Shown: positions 50,886 through 63,609 of the stretch, piece after piece
Layout of the letters: each line of letters begins with the position of its first letter
Numbering within the stretch: position 1 is the stretch's first letter
Origin: Macrostomum hystrix
Lineage: Eukaryota > Animalia > Platyhelminthes
Assembly (NCBI GenBank): GCA_950097015.1
Contig: CATNEN010000038.1
Location: 10,478,001-10,542,000, forward strand
Direction: 5' to 3'
Length of the DNA: 64,000 bases
The notes under the pieces: model-generated
What the model was told of the DNA's origin: nothing
Database searches by the model: none
Seen by the model: the letters and a program-made list of their open reading frames with translations, nothing else
Made by a program: the position numbers and the translations under genes

Positions 50886-52375
50886 TGTTACTTTGCTTAG
50901 GGAAAAGGACCACAGAAAATTAGAACAGTTACAATAACCGTTCTAAAAACTAGCGGCTTTGTTGATCTAGTTGATCAATTGCAATAAAGCAGAAAATGAA
51001 CTTTGATTGTAGAGAGCAGTAAAAGTCGCTATATGTTCAACACACTACTTAAAGTAATTCTATAGAGAAACCTAAGCTATGATTGTTAATCGATTTTTAG
51101 GAATGAGTCATACGCTATTTTTAGAAACAAAGTCATGTGACATGAAACCGGAGAACCGGTTCTCGACAGCAGTATTTTCTTGAATTCCAAATATGTTAAT
51201 GTTCACCTGAAAACCCCCAAAACGCAGCTGAACAAACAAGTTTGACCTCACTGTGTAAACATGTATGCCCTATGCAAACACGCGGTCCTAAACCGGTTTT
51301 CCGGTAATTTTACTATATTTTACTATAATATAATTTTACTAAATTTTACTATAATTACAAGCGAAAATCCGAGCCAAGAATTCAGACTCGGAGCAGTCCA
51401 CCGGGTTTTAAGGAAGTTTAAGGAAGAAGAAGAGGACTCATCTCTGACGGAAAGACAAGTGGTAAGCGCTTTACTAGACTAAGTTACTTATTGCTAGCAG
51501 TCATTTTGAATTGAATTAAAGTCATGAGAGTATATTAGTGTCGACCCATTTGAGAAAGGCCACCTTGTTTCCTAGGACACATTCCTAGAGAATTATTGAT
51601 TGAGTTAACGGATTGATTTGAGTTATCCGTTACCTTTCGGACATAACAAAGAAGACGCCCTTAAGGAGGACCTATTAAAAGAAACAAAAAAAATTTTTGG
51701 GCACACGTTTTATTGTTAATTCCGAGCTCGTTGACATTGTTAGGAGTTCTGATTCGCTATCGTCACCGGTTGACCTACAGATACGATTTAAGCACAGCCT
51801 AGAGAGCGGTCCGCTTTGCAACTTCAGACTTCCAAGGAGAAGAATACTTGTCAGAAACCCACTACACAAGCGAAGAAGCGAACACCCGGCCGGACAATGA
51901 TATGTAGTGACCTTCGAGAAATTTCTATTCGTACGTTTTCTAGAAAGTTCTGTGTCTGAAACAATTTCCCATTTACTGTATTTCAATATATTTAATTATT
52001 AACAAGCATTCGCATTCTGCTGGTAAAACTAGCGATAAATAACTAGCAGTATTTTCTTAACAATCATTTTGTTATAATGCATTATATTTTTCTAGAACTT
52101 TCCGGAAGATTATCTCAACATTATAAATATACAGCAGCTCAGCTGGAATCTCTTCACTAACCCCCTTTTTCTAGATTCCAATAACATTATTCTATAAACC
52201 CATTAACCAATTGAACCACCGCCTTTACGCCTCATTTATTAAAACACCTCTACAGATAATTCGAGATACTCGCGCAGAAGAGATTAATCTCAATAAGTGT
52301 CACGTGACTTTCTTAATTCCTAGGCAATTGTTCCCCATTGTCTAGAAGTGGAATTTTCTCTTCTAAACGTGTAAT
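50886..52375 (+). mobile_element. LTR-like insertion related to 10874-11925
   Basis: Shares ordered motifs ctataattacaag..cgagcc..ggactc..aagac..gtggtaag; boundaries approximate; no TSD found. Confidence 0.4.
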
Positions 52376-52850
52376 AAAAATCACTAAGCATAGCAGATTT
52401 TTCAGCATTCTGATTCCAGTGTCTTTGGATTATTATTGGATTATTGTCAGTGGATTATTATTATTTTTAATCAGCGTAACGTCTAATTAAGAACATACTA
52501 CGAGCGTAGCAAACAGAAAAAAACTGAAATCAGATCACACGCTTGATTAAACAACGACAAGACAACATAGAACCGACATATAGTTTTTATTTTCGTATTA
52601 TTTGTATGGGAAAATTTTTACCATTCTTTCTTCAAAACGATGCAAAAATGTCCTAGAGAAAAAAAAGAACAGTTGGTCCAGTTATTGAAACCTCAAGAGC
52701 AAAATGGGTTCCCTGAATAATTCTAAAGATTTTTTATACTACGAAGGTTGACCGACAGGTACAGACATTTTAGAGATTTTCCGTTCTACTTATCAAGATT
52801 GAGTTCACCAAATCTCAGTCAGCTCTAGGCACGAACAAAATACTTGCCGA

Positions 52851-53285
52851 CTACGTCGTTAAACGCATTCCATTCGGCACAGCTGCAAACTCCAGCAGGT
52901 GGCACTGCCCAGTCTCCGGGATGAAGATCGCGGCCTCGCAGCCACAGGAGCGCTCAGGGTCCTGCTGACAGGTGCGTCCACAGCTGCGAGGCCGATGAAC
53001 GTTCGGTTTCCAGGAAAGAACTGGTCACCTTCAATTCGGATTAGTGGTTTAAATTAGGAGCATGAAACTGAAGCACCATAAAATAAGTATTCAATCTTCA
53101 AGTCTTTGGTTAATTAGGAGGCCGGCATTGCATACTTCTTCTGCTGTCAAGAAAACTTAATCATTACTCATTTCTACCAATGAAGTTCTTTGAAATAACA
53201 CATTTGACTCACGAATTTTATAGTTTATACGGAAAACGCCGTTCTTAAATGGGCCTCCACAAATCTGAGTGAAATTAGCCGGCAG
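52851..53285 (-). pseudogene. WSC C-terminal fragment plus PAN/apple exon (inverted paralog); exons ~53285-53213, 53020-52851
   Basis: QICGGPFKNGVFRINY matches the 50075 gene; phase-1 splice into LSWKPN..SCGRTCQQDPERSCGCEAAIFIPETGQCHLL; 5' part not found. Confidence 0.7.
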
Positions 53286-53873
53286 ACATTGGCAGAGAGT
53301 TACAGACAGACGCCGACGCACACATGACACATATGAAGTATTACGTCTACTCACGCACTGAAATTATTTTCATTACATTATACGGTACACAATTCATTCT
53401 TCTCTAACTAGTATTTGCTTTTTTAGAACATAAAAAGCTAAAAACTCAGCACAAAAAATCGAAGCGAACTGTTTCGGTAACCTTTGCTAGAAAATTTTTA
53501 GAGAACCTGCGCCGCGACATGAAAGGAAAAAATTGTTTGAGTCTTCAGTCTATTCAGCGGATGATAGAGCAGGAAGCCTGGTCATTGACAACAATGGCGG
53601 CCTATTGTTGTGAATGGTTTGGGTATATTTTGGCTTCTGATTAAGACTCATTATTTTACTCACGACTTCCATAAGCAAAAAATTGTGTTGAAAAAAGCAG
53701 AAGAAAATTCTGGATGGCAAATTTTCTTTGAGGAAAAAAGCAAATGCTTTGCCGCTCGGACTTTTCTAAAGAATGTCCTTTATTTAGCCCTGCGACTCTG
53801 ATTGGTTGGGAAGGCGATATATTAGCAAGCTTTTAACAGCCTGTCTGCGCATCACCTTGATGCGAGTTTGAAA

Positions 53874-55897
53874 ATGCGTCCGTTTTACCTTTACTCGAGT
53901 TTGACTTCCAGTAAGTTTGCTTGTGCCGATAATTTGTGTTGACATCGGAAAGTCAGTCAGTCAGTCAGGCAGTCCTGTACAATCTTGCAGTTCTGAGCTG
54001 GGTTTCAATTGCGAAGTCCTGTCCTGGACAGTCGAAAGTCTTCACTCCGAGCAGCGATTCGTTGCAGCTTGGTCCCGAAGGTGTCTACCAGTGCTTAGGG
54101 CCAGTGAAGTTGAGCACTCTGTCCGGCTGCCTGATGCAGTGCCGCAAGGCTGATTGCTATGCTGTGAGCTTCTCGAGCTCGACCGGCTTGTGCCACCTGG
54201 TTGTGTCTGGCAGGGCTGACCTGAATGCACAGTGCGGCGGAAGCAACAGCAGCGGCAGCCAGATTGTGCTGACAACATCCGACTTTAGCCGCCTCGCAGC
54301 CCAGGGTGTCAGCGAGTTTTTTACCAGTGAGACACTCTCGAATCAAATTTTTCACCTGATGCGGATAAGCAAATCAGCCTTAAGGTTGATTAGGCTTCAA
54401 CCTGTGAATAATAGCATCTGCCTGTCGCACCAAGGTCCCTGAGTTCGATTCCGCGACGGGACTACATTTGGGGCGCAGCCGAGTAGAGAGAGCTTTTGGG
54501 AGGTCGTGCAATTTACGCCCTTAGTTGCCAACCTTTATTGCACAGCAAAGTGCACACACCTTTGTCAGTGTGTGCTCAGGAGTCGCTGGCTGCGGGTCGG
54601 CAATCAGCAAATGATTTGCCAGTGCGCGCAGCCCTCCTGCAAATATTATTAACATTATGCAAGTAAATATCTATGAATTCTATGAAACGCAACATGCAAT
54701 CGCGCAGACATCAGCGCGGGCCCTTCGGGTTCAGTGCAGCGGTTCGAAGTCCCTGCCGACGGCTGCTACACTGTGGCGGCAAAAGGCGCTACCGGAGGCG
54801 GCGTCTGGATCACCGCTGGCGGCGGCAGTGGCGGCGCCTCCTACAAGGTCGGCGGCTTCGGCGCAGCAGTCTATGGCAATTTCAGCCTGCAGCGCGGCGC
54901 CAACCTCAGCGTGGTTGTTGGTCAACGAGGCGGCGATGCTCAGCTCTCCGTTGGCGCGTCCGCTGGCGCTGGCGGGGGCGGCGGCAGTTTTGTGTACCTT
55001 CAACATAGAAACCGCTCGGGAGATTCGGCGGCCCAGCCGATGCTGCTGCTGGCTGCGGGAGGCGGTGGCGGCGGATTCAGCGGCGGAAAAGGTTGGAGTT
55101 CAGGTCAAGGTTGGAATCGGGTCAGATGTCCAGCCGCAGCTATTGCGCAGCGCATCTGACGGTTGTGGATGTCTGTTCAGTCCATGGACTGGGGGACGAC
55201 ACACTACCCCAGCTTATGCTGGCACCCATTTAACAGCTGGATGAATTGCTGGAATGTTGAGACTTGAAGGTCGTGAAATTTGACGCCCTGACCACTAGGC
55301 AAACCCAGGAAAACCTCACTTTTTAAGCCGACGTAATAAAAAAAGTATATTTTTGACTTTAACTAAAGGCACTCTAAAATGAAACTGACAATGAACCTGC
55401 GCTTCCTTGTTGAAGGGTCTGACGGTCAGCAGGGATTCAACGGCAGCAACTCCACCAGCGCAGTCTCTGCCAACATCGGCATCGGCGGCATTGATGGTCA
55501 GCCCGGAGGTCTTGGCGTCGGCTTGATCACCGGTGGCAACCCGTCGTCTGGTCGCGGAGGTCCTGGCGCCGGCTGGTTTAGATCGGGCATCGGCGGTGAC
55601 TTTTCGCTGGACGGTGGCGCTGGAGGGTCGCTGAACTCCAGCTGGAGCGGCGGAGTCGGTGGTTACGGTGGCATCGGCGGCTTCGGTGGCTTCGGCGGCG
55701 GCGGTGCTGGCGCCGGCAGCGGCGGCGGCAGCGGCGGCGGGGGCGGATTCAGCGGCGGAGGAGCCGGTGCGGGCAGCCAGGGCGGCGGCGGTGGCGGTTC
55801 AGCGTGCTTTGGTTCAGGCTGCGTCACGAAGGTGCCGACGGATGATCAGCTGCATGGCTGGGTGAGCGTTGAGCTGCGTCGAGCCGGGAGCTGTTGA
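53874..55897 (+). CDS. Secreted PAN/apple + ALK/LTK-type glycine-rich-domain protein; exons 53874-53910, 53991-~54311, 54708-~55091, 55416-55897
   Basis: Signal MRPFYLYSSLTSILSWVSIAKS; PAN (GCLMQCRKADCYAVSF..GLCHL); QRFEVPADGCYTVAAKGATGG, LSVVVGQRG, GGGGGSFV, LLLAAGGGGG, GGFGGGG, HGWVSVE; all junctions are phase 1. Confidence 0.82.
54413..54645 (+). mobile_element. tRNA-derived SINE, family B, intronic
   Basis: tcgcaccaaggtccctgagttcgattcc head; homologous to 60302-60606. Confidence 0.75.
55122..55290 (-). mobile_element. SINE family C fragment, intronic
   Basis: Reverse-complement similarity to ~17070-17230. Confidence 0.6.
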
Positions 55898-56829
55898 TGT
55901 TCGTTTCGTCTTACAGTGGCAAGTAAAAAATTGCTAACTTTAGTAAAAAAATGTCTTACCTGATAATGATTTTCGCTTTGCTTAACAGAAGAAGAATAAA
56001 TAACAGAGTTATTCACGATTCTTGTCGGAGACCCCGCACAACTAACATTGAAACTGTATAAATCTCAATGGCAAATCCATATTGGTTCGAAAACGAAACA
56101 ACAATTTAATCAATCCAAAACAGTTAACGACATGCTTACACGATAAAATTTCGTGAGCAGAGAATCTCGACAATGGCGACGTTTTGAGATTCTGGAAGTT
56201 GCTTTATCGGATAGAGCGGAAATTGTAGACCATATATTTTAGTAGATACAGAAAAAAAATGTGGGTCTTTGAAATAACACGTAGTCTTTGAAAAAACGGT
56301 TGACCCAATTTCTGAAGCATAAATTATACTGGCTAACAAACATATTTTTCTCCGGCTACCACTGTACTTGCACTACAGCATGCGACTTTTTAATTTCCGC
56401 CAAATTCACGCAAGTGAGTTTTACTGTCTGTGTAAAAAATCAAAAATATTTTATTAGCAGTCGCCTAATCAGGTTGAAATATCGCTATCGGTATAGAAGC
56501 CAAAACAGTTTCGGATGCAGCTGTAGAACAGAACCAGCCACTGTTGCTTGCTGGAACACGAAAAAGCGATCCTTTGATGAAGATTCCTGGCAGAAAATCC
56601 TTCAATCAGGACATGCCAGTTAAAAATAATTTTCTTGTTATTGATTGAAACTGTTTTAAAATTATTTTGATTCTTAACTACATAGCTCTGATCAATATTT
56701 AATTCTGGACTAGTCGTCTACACTAATATAGATTAATGTTTTTTCTTTAGGCCACAAAAACAATAATTTACACTTCTCACCTGTTTCTCCCATAAGTTTT
56801 GCGTCTGCTAAATTAATACAGCTCGCGAT

Positions 56830-57670
56830 CAGTTTGCTCCGACCCCTGCGTCTCTAACCCTTCCACTCCGGCCCCTGCTCAATCCAGTTCTGCCCGGCCC
56901 CGGCTTAGGCCACCCTCCTTTATCATTGTTTGTCGCTCGCCCATTGGCTGCCCCCTGCGCCGTCTTCGCTAGTCCAATCAGGCCTCTCGCCAAGGAGACT
57001 TCTGATTGGCTAGCCGGCCTCCTTCTCTCTCTCTCGGCTCTCAGCCTTGTGTGTTTGCTCCCACCCCAGCCCTGCGTGGCTTAGCCCTACCCCGTCCAGG
57101 CCTATGCCCTCGCCCCGCCCCACGCTGTTATTTATTAGCGCGCGATGCCCCGCGCCTCCCGAGTACTATTGTGAGAACGCTGCCCTGAGTTAGAAGCGAA
57201 CAATCCATACAATAATAAACTACGCAGCCTGAGCTACACTAATTGCCATGAGTGCAGCGTTCGATCCCTCCCGGTAAGAAAAGCATTAACGAGTTATTTA
57301 TTTGTCCGTGCTCAAATCTTGTTCCTCTTCCCGACCTCTGCCAAAAGCTCATCATCATCATCTTTCTCCTCCAAAGTCTTCCCTCGAGTCTGCGAAGCGT
57401 CGGTACGCCTCCAGACCGTCATCCACCTCTCTCTGGGGCTGTCGAGTGGCTACCCGCTCGCAGTCAAAGCCTTCACGCATCCTTCTGTGCCGGGCTTAGC
57501 GAGTGTCTGTACGCTCCGAGCCCATCACGTCTCTCCTCGGAGTGTCGGAACGCCTCGAGGGTCGCTGCTTCCCATCCCTCCTCCCCCGGCAAGCTTTGGG
57601 CGGTCCGTACCCGAACCCCTACTACCGCGTCGGCGAACTGCCAGTACTGCGGTACTGATAAACTACAACA
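56830..57670 (+). mobile_element. GC-rich LTR-like block
   Basis: CCAAT boxes, TATTTA, AATAAA and GGTAAG in LTR-like order, ending ..ACAACA; no TSD or partner found. Confidence 0.35.
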
Positions 57671-59211
57671 TTTACAGGACTCACAGTAATTTTTGGTCAG
57701 GCTTGCTTATCGAAACGAAGCAAAGGCGCAGAAAATACGACTTCTAAATTTAATTTATATATTTATTACATCGATTGTAACTTCATTCTATGCTAACGTA
57801 TATTTCATTTATACCATTTCATAAATGTACAGTTTATAACGACACAAAATATTAATTGTGTCACGCAGGGTACATACATTTAACGCGATTCGAAAGTACA
57901 GTTAAAGAAAAGTATGCCTTCAATGTTTCATTCTGAAGTACAGAACGCTACTAAAAGCTGCTTGGGGCAAAACAGCACGCGTGGCGTTTACAAAACCGTC
58001 AAAGCAGCATTAATTATACAATTGGAATTCATTTGCGCAGAATCTAGGATTGGTCTTAAAGCTTCCAATGGGGAAAGACCACGGGGATATTTCCAATACC
58101 CACGGCCTACTTCTCGATAGCTCTCGAATGACCGTCTTTCGTTGAAGTCCAACATATGGATAAAAATTTCCGCCATTTATTACGATAAACTAAATTTCGA
58201 GATATTCAGCGAAATTCAGCGATTCTTGTCAAAGACCCTGGTGTCAGCTGACATTGCCTTGTAATAAGCCTCTATGGTTAAATCCATATTGGTTCAAAAG
58301 TAAAATAATTAACAATATACTCAATACTCAAAATTGGTGGTTTTTCCTGCAGACACCCCCGACGAGAATGGTTGAATATCTCACCGATGCCGATTGTTCG
58401 TACGAGATTGGTTGAATATTTTGGCAGGTACAAAAAATGTGGTTATTTGAAATATCGGATATCCCCGAAGTCTTCCTACTGTTTTATGTAGTTCTGGTTG
58501 AAAGTGCGTATACTTCCAAATAAACTGGGTGTCCGCTTGATAGCTTTAGGCTGCCCATTTCGAAAATTGAAGGCAGAAAGCAGCGATAGGTTTATGACAA
58601 ACAGTGAATGTAGAAACATTACGATTCGGTTGAAAGTTATCGCGCAATTAGTAACTAGTGTCGAATGCGGCCGGGTCACACGACAGCACTACAATTAAAC
58701 GGACACAAGGGCATTTAGGATTGAAAAGACAGGCAAAAGAGGTAGGCCTAGAGAGATAGACGCCAAGCTGGTTCACATTGGTAACTGTGTTTTTAACGGC
58801 TTTTTTACCGGTAAAGCAATTATATATTCGCGAGGACACACCCTGGAACAATATTATGGCCAAAAAAACAGACTTTTGATATGTTTATAGGTTCGACGCA
58901 TTACAAGTTTGGTGGCAATTGTAAGTTTTTAAACCTCATTAGAAAACGCAAAAGCATTAACAAACAAATCGGCAAGGTGGTGGTCTTTGCTTTTTTAGGT
59001 GAAATCTACAACTTGTCAATTTTGTTTAATTAAGCGGGGCCGTCAAATTTAGCTCGGAATGTAGGCTCATTGCTCTACTGCACATGGAAAAGGTCTATTT
59101 ATTTGTCATACGAAAAAATCGAAAATCAATCAAATAAATTTTCTTTATTCTGACCGATCGAATCTACCCAGTTGACGTTCAGTCCTATGAAATGCTTTCA
59201 ACTGGCAGAGC

Positions 59212-62200
59212 TCAGGCCTGTCGCTGCGGTGTGCCAGGCAGACTGCGACCAGCCGATGACGATGTCGGCGTGACGCTGCCGATGTGCGCTCCAAACTGGG
59301 TGGCGGTTGCCGCTTCGGAGAGGCGGTGCGCCTTTTCACCGTCCAGTCGGCGAAGCTCCTGGCATAAATAACAGGACGAGGATGTCAAGAGTTTCCAGTG
59401 TTCGAAGTTCGAATATATTCTGGAGTAGATTGCGTTCTTTATCTTTGTCTGCTTAAGTATAATGTTGAGAGTTCTAATCGCTATAAGATAGTTTTTTGTG
59501 TTGGCCTAAAGTACCAAGATAAGGTGTTTTTACAAGTATAACAAATTGAGCTTTTAGTCTTTGTAATTCCGACAGGGGTTAGCTGTGGAAAATTTGAGTG
59601 CGGTTTGGCAGCATTCAGTCCATGGACTGAACATATCTGCGCAGCCTTTGCAATCCCTGCGCAATAGCTGCGGCTGTGCCACTGGATGTGCATCTGGCCC
59701 AACTGGGCTAGGTGTGATTTCTTTCTATTAGAAGTAGCGGTTTTGGCCTCGTTTTTCTGGCATCACAGCTGTTCAATTCCCAGTTTATAATCCGACGAAA
59801 AACGTTTCGTACCTCCTCAAAGTATCGTTGGATCTCTTTGCCGAGACGATCATTGTGCTCACGAAGCTCTCGTTGCCGTCTATCTCTCAGCGAGTCGAGA
59901 GTCTGCAGCTCGCTGACCGCCGAGCTGATCTGCTTGCGCTGAAACTCCTTGCGCACCTCCTTGAGCTTCTCCTTGTCTTTGTACTGCCTGTTGAACTCGC
60001 GCGACTCCAGATTTCGCTGGCGCTCCTGAGTCTTCTTGAGCATGACCAGCTCCTGTTGGTAGACAGTAGCGAGCGACTTCTCTGTCACTTCCACAGCGCT
60101 GGCAAACGCCCTCTCCAGTTCGACTTTCAGCATCGCCTGGTGCCGCCTTTGCAGCTCGTGCTCGCTGAGCGCGTGCGACTCAAGCTGGCTGCGCAGCTCT
60201 CGCACCTGCTCCTCGGTCAGCGGCAGATTCTGGCAAAAAAGCGGAAATAAAAAAAACTTCTTGTCAGGGACCTTACGACGTACAGTACTCCCAGGCTACA
60301 ATATGGGTTGTAACCAGAGCGGTTAACGCGTTTGCCTCTCGCACCAAGGTCCCTGAGCTCGATTTCGCGGCGAGGCCACATTCGTTCGGGGCGCAGCCGT
60401 GCCATTTGCGCCCTTGAGGGCCAACCTCCAAGGCACAGTGAAATGTACATTGCCTGACGATGAGAAAGTCAGGGCAGATGTACACACCCGTGTGAGCGTG
60501 TGCCTGCGTACGGTATCTGTGTGCGTGTGCTCAGGAGTCAGCGAAATAGGCAGAACTGCCTCCCGCTGGCTGCGGGTCTGTGCCACCAAATGATGCCCGC
60601 AGCCTCTTTTTTTTACTTAATTGCAGGGGGGCCTGGGGCACTTGACGCACAAGCGCAGGAACGGCATGCCCCCAGGCCGGCGAACTAGGCGGGAGTCGCC
60701 CATCGCGCCATCTAGACCCCTGAACACAGGCACCTCATACACAGCCGCAAGCCAAGCGGGGAAGGGGGCGGCAGCCGGAGTGCCTCTCACCCCAGGCCCG
60801 CACACGCACAGAGCTGACCAAACAAGGGGAGGACTTACATGCCTGAAGGGTAGGGACGAGAGGAACAAGCCACGCGCGCAGACGGCTGGTGAAACCTCGC
60901 CGCTCAGAGCACGCATGGCTGGTACACACCCGCCCCACCCCCCATACAACGCCTCACACCCGGCCCAACGCACAAACACAAACACAAACAAGCAGGCATG
61001 CAGAAGGCAGGAGCGAAGCTATTATTTCAAGCTTTGATTGCACGAAATATGGTGCACCTCCGCCGGTCGCTACTGTCCAAACCCCCCCAACAAGTCCCGA
61101 AATTAATCGTGACTTGAAGGGTGAATCGAACTAGCGTCCTTTGGAGTGCGAGGCAGCGACGTTAGCCGCTGACCCACTCGCCCCCTGCCCGCAGCCTCAT
61201 GCAAATAACATTTTTTTTATTATGGGTTGTAGCCGAGTGTTAGTGCGTGGGATTCAAGACTAGAAGTTCGGAGGTTCGATTATTCCGAATCGAGTATAGT
61301 AAAGCTTGCTTCATTTCAGACCCCAATCGAAAATAGATACTCCTAGTCCCGCAGATCCTTCACCTCTTTCTGCATCTCCTCGTCAGAATTGTGCCGCCTC
61401 AGAGAGACAACAGTCAGACGCTTCTTCGAGTTGCTGCTAGCGCCGCCGCCCAGGTGATGATCGTGTTTCGCTAGCTCGGAGCGCACTTTAGTGTACAGAT
61501 TGTGCAGCTCCTGGACAATGGGTAAACGTTGCCTTGTGAAGGAGCTTAGAAGGAACTTAGAAGGAATTTAGAAGGAACTTAAAGGTCATTGTTAGAAAAT
61601 TTAAAATCTCTCAGAGACAATGTCAGATGTATTGGCAAACCTTGTGGTTGCGCTTGATATGCGAGTGCAGTTCTTTGCAGCACTTCTGCAACACCTTCTG
61701 GTACTTCTTGTCGCTCATTACTTCTTCCATTGTTAGTTTCTTCAGGCAGGAATTGTCTGGAGTGCAAATCCGATGGTCGATTGCGTTTTTAGTTGAGCTC
61801 ATCAACAATCAAACGGTAAAATTTTCACCTGATGTGACATGACAGAAAATGCTGGATGTGAAAAGTCAGACCAACCAACACTATAATTTCAGCATTTTAC
61901 ATCGAGCAATTAAAAATCTAGCAACTATACTTCAGGAGCGCAAGGTTTACAAACAAACGGACAAGCGACACTGGTGCTCTGTGAGCTAAAATCGCTGTTG
62001 TTGCGCGATACACAATTATGTGCTCAAAATTGGTGCTGTTTGTGATTCTGTGGTACGAACTTAGCTCTTTGCAAGAAAAAGAATTTAGGCACCCTTTGCG
62101 CTCGAATGAGGTAATTTCTACACGACGGAACTCAAAATGACTTTGTATTGTAAAGTTTCAGCAAGTTCAATTCAATATTACTCAAAAACATGCATGCATT

Positions 62201-63609
62201 CTAAGCTCGTATTTAAACTCATCGGTGCTGTTTGACACTGATGTGTGCTAACAGTCGATTTCAATGCTGTAGCAGTGCACAAGAGTCTAGAGAAGCTGTC
62301 ATAAAGGGTTCACAATTAGTTGTATCGCGCCAGGTAACAAGCTAATCACAAGCTCGACAAGTGAAATTTTGGTGCAAAAATAAATAGGTAATGAACAGCT
62401 TTTTTAATTATGATCAACCTTGAACTAGTGAGCATAGGGAACAAACGTGTCCTTTGCTTTGCTTTGCCAATGAACGATTGCGACTATCTTGAGAATGCAA
62501 ACTAACAATGAAATCTATGACAAACAGAGAGAGAAGAAGAGCGAGTAAGAGACAAACCAGAGAGCAGGCAGTGGTTAACAAAGCTGTTAACTTCATGCTG
62601 CTCAACTCCATGTGTCTGCTGCTGCTGCTGCTGCTGTAGCTGCGCCTGTTGCTGAGCCTGTTGCTGCTGCGGTATCTGCTGCTTGACATAAACTGACAAG
62701 AACCTGCGCTTTAGACCTACAGGGCGATTGACAAAGAAGGATAGCTGAACTCGAACTATGCTGTTTGAGCACCAGATGCTGGCTTTGATATTTGGAGTAT
62801 TCACATTTTCAAACAAACTCGAGGTCCAATCAGGTGTAACAATAATTTTGTTTAATGCAACAGTACAGAAACAAGGCAGCTAGGTAACTCATTAATGAAC
62901 TCGAAGATGTAGAAGTAACTAAGAATAAGTATACAGGAGTAAGTGTCGCGTAATAGTTCACAATTAGAAGATAATATTGGTCACACTATGGAATTACACA
63001 AGTGTATCTACTCGTACTATAAGTGTAAGTGCTACGGAATCACTCATACATCGTTTTGTTCTTGCACTATTATCCAAGAAAAACATTCGATCGATATTAA
63101 ATTAGTAGATTACATTCCATAAATTAGCAACTTGAAGCCGATGCCCCAACAGTCCGAAGCGCAAGATTGTGAATCAAAACATGAAGTACGAATGAAAGTG
63201 AGGCTTGACGAAGCAACCGAAGACGGAGACGGGGGTGTCGGAGTAGCTCACCTGACTGCGGACTCGTCGACGACTTGCTGCCACCGACAGCGCCAGTTAA
63301 GACGGAAGTTCCCGCACTCATTGACGAAGATGACGAAGCGGCCACCAAGTCAGAGCGGCTGCCGCCGCCACCTCGCTGGATCACGGTAGCACCGCGGGCC
63401 ATTGGTCTGGACGGCGACACGCCAGACGACGACGAAGCCGACGATGGCGAGCCGACAACCGACAGGGTTGCGTGATGATGCGACTGCGAGTCCGATAGCA
63501 TGTCGTTTGCTGTCTTTGAAGCTGCTGCCAGTGACGTTGAAGCTACTTGTGGCGACACACGGGACTCGTCGCCAAGCTGATCTGCAGCTCCGTCTTCGGC
63601 GTTCGATTC
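59212..63609 (-). CDS. 3' exons of a probable phospholipase C-beta (distal coiled-coil CTD); gene continues beyond the window
   Basis: Phase-consistent exons 63609-63252, (62716-62558), 61756-61641, 61510-61364, 60229-59813, 59358-59212; LTMEEVMSDKKYQKVLQK..KELH..KRNHKE and long charged coiled coil. Catalytic exons not visible. Confidence 0.65.
60302..61210 (+). mobile_element. SINE family B copy interrupted by a family A SINE
   Basis: tRNA-like head at 60302; 3' end (gcagcctc..tgcaaata) resumes after 61185. Confidence 0.75.
60607..61185 (-). mobile_element. tRNA-derived SINE, family A, copy 2
   Basis: Perfect 13-bp TSD tgcccgcagcctc (60594-60606, 61186-61198); head and tail close to 6034-6625. 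Confidence 0.9.

Noticed and set aside
60445-60485. Hammerhead ribozyme (CTGACGA..GAAA)
   Set aside because: No stem II between the core motifs; the bases lie within a simple hairpin.
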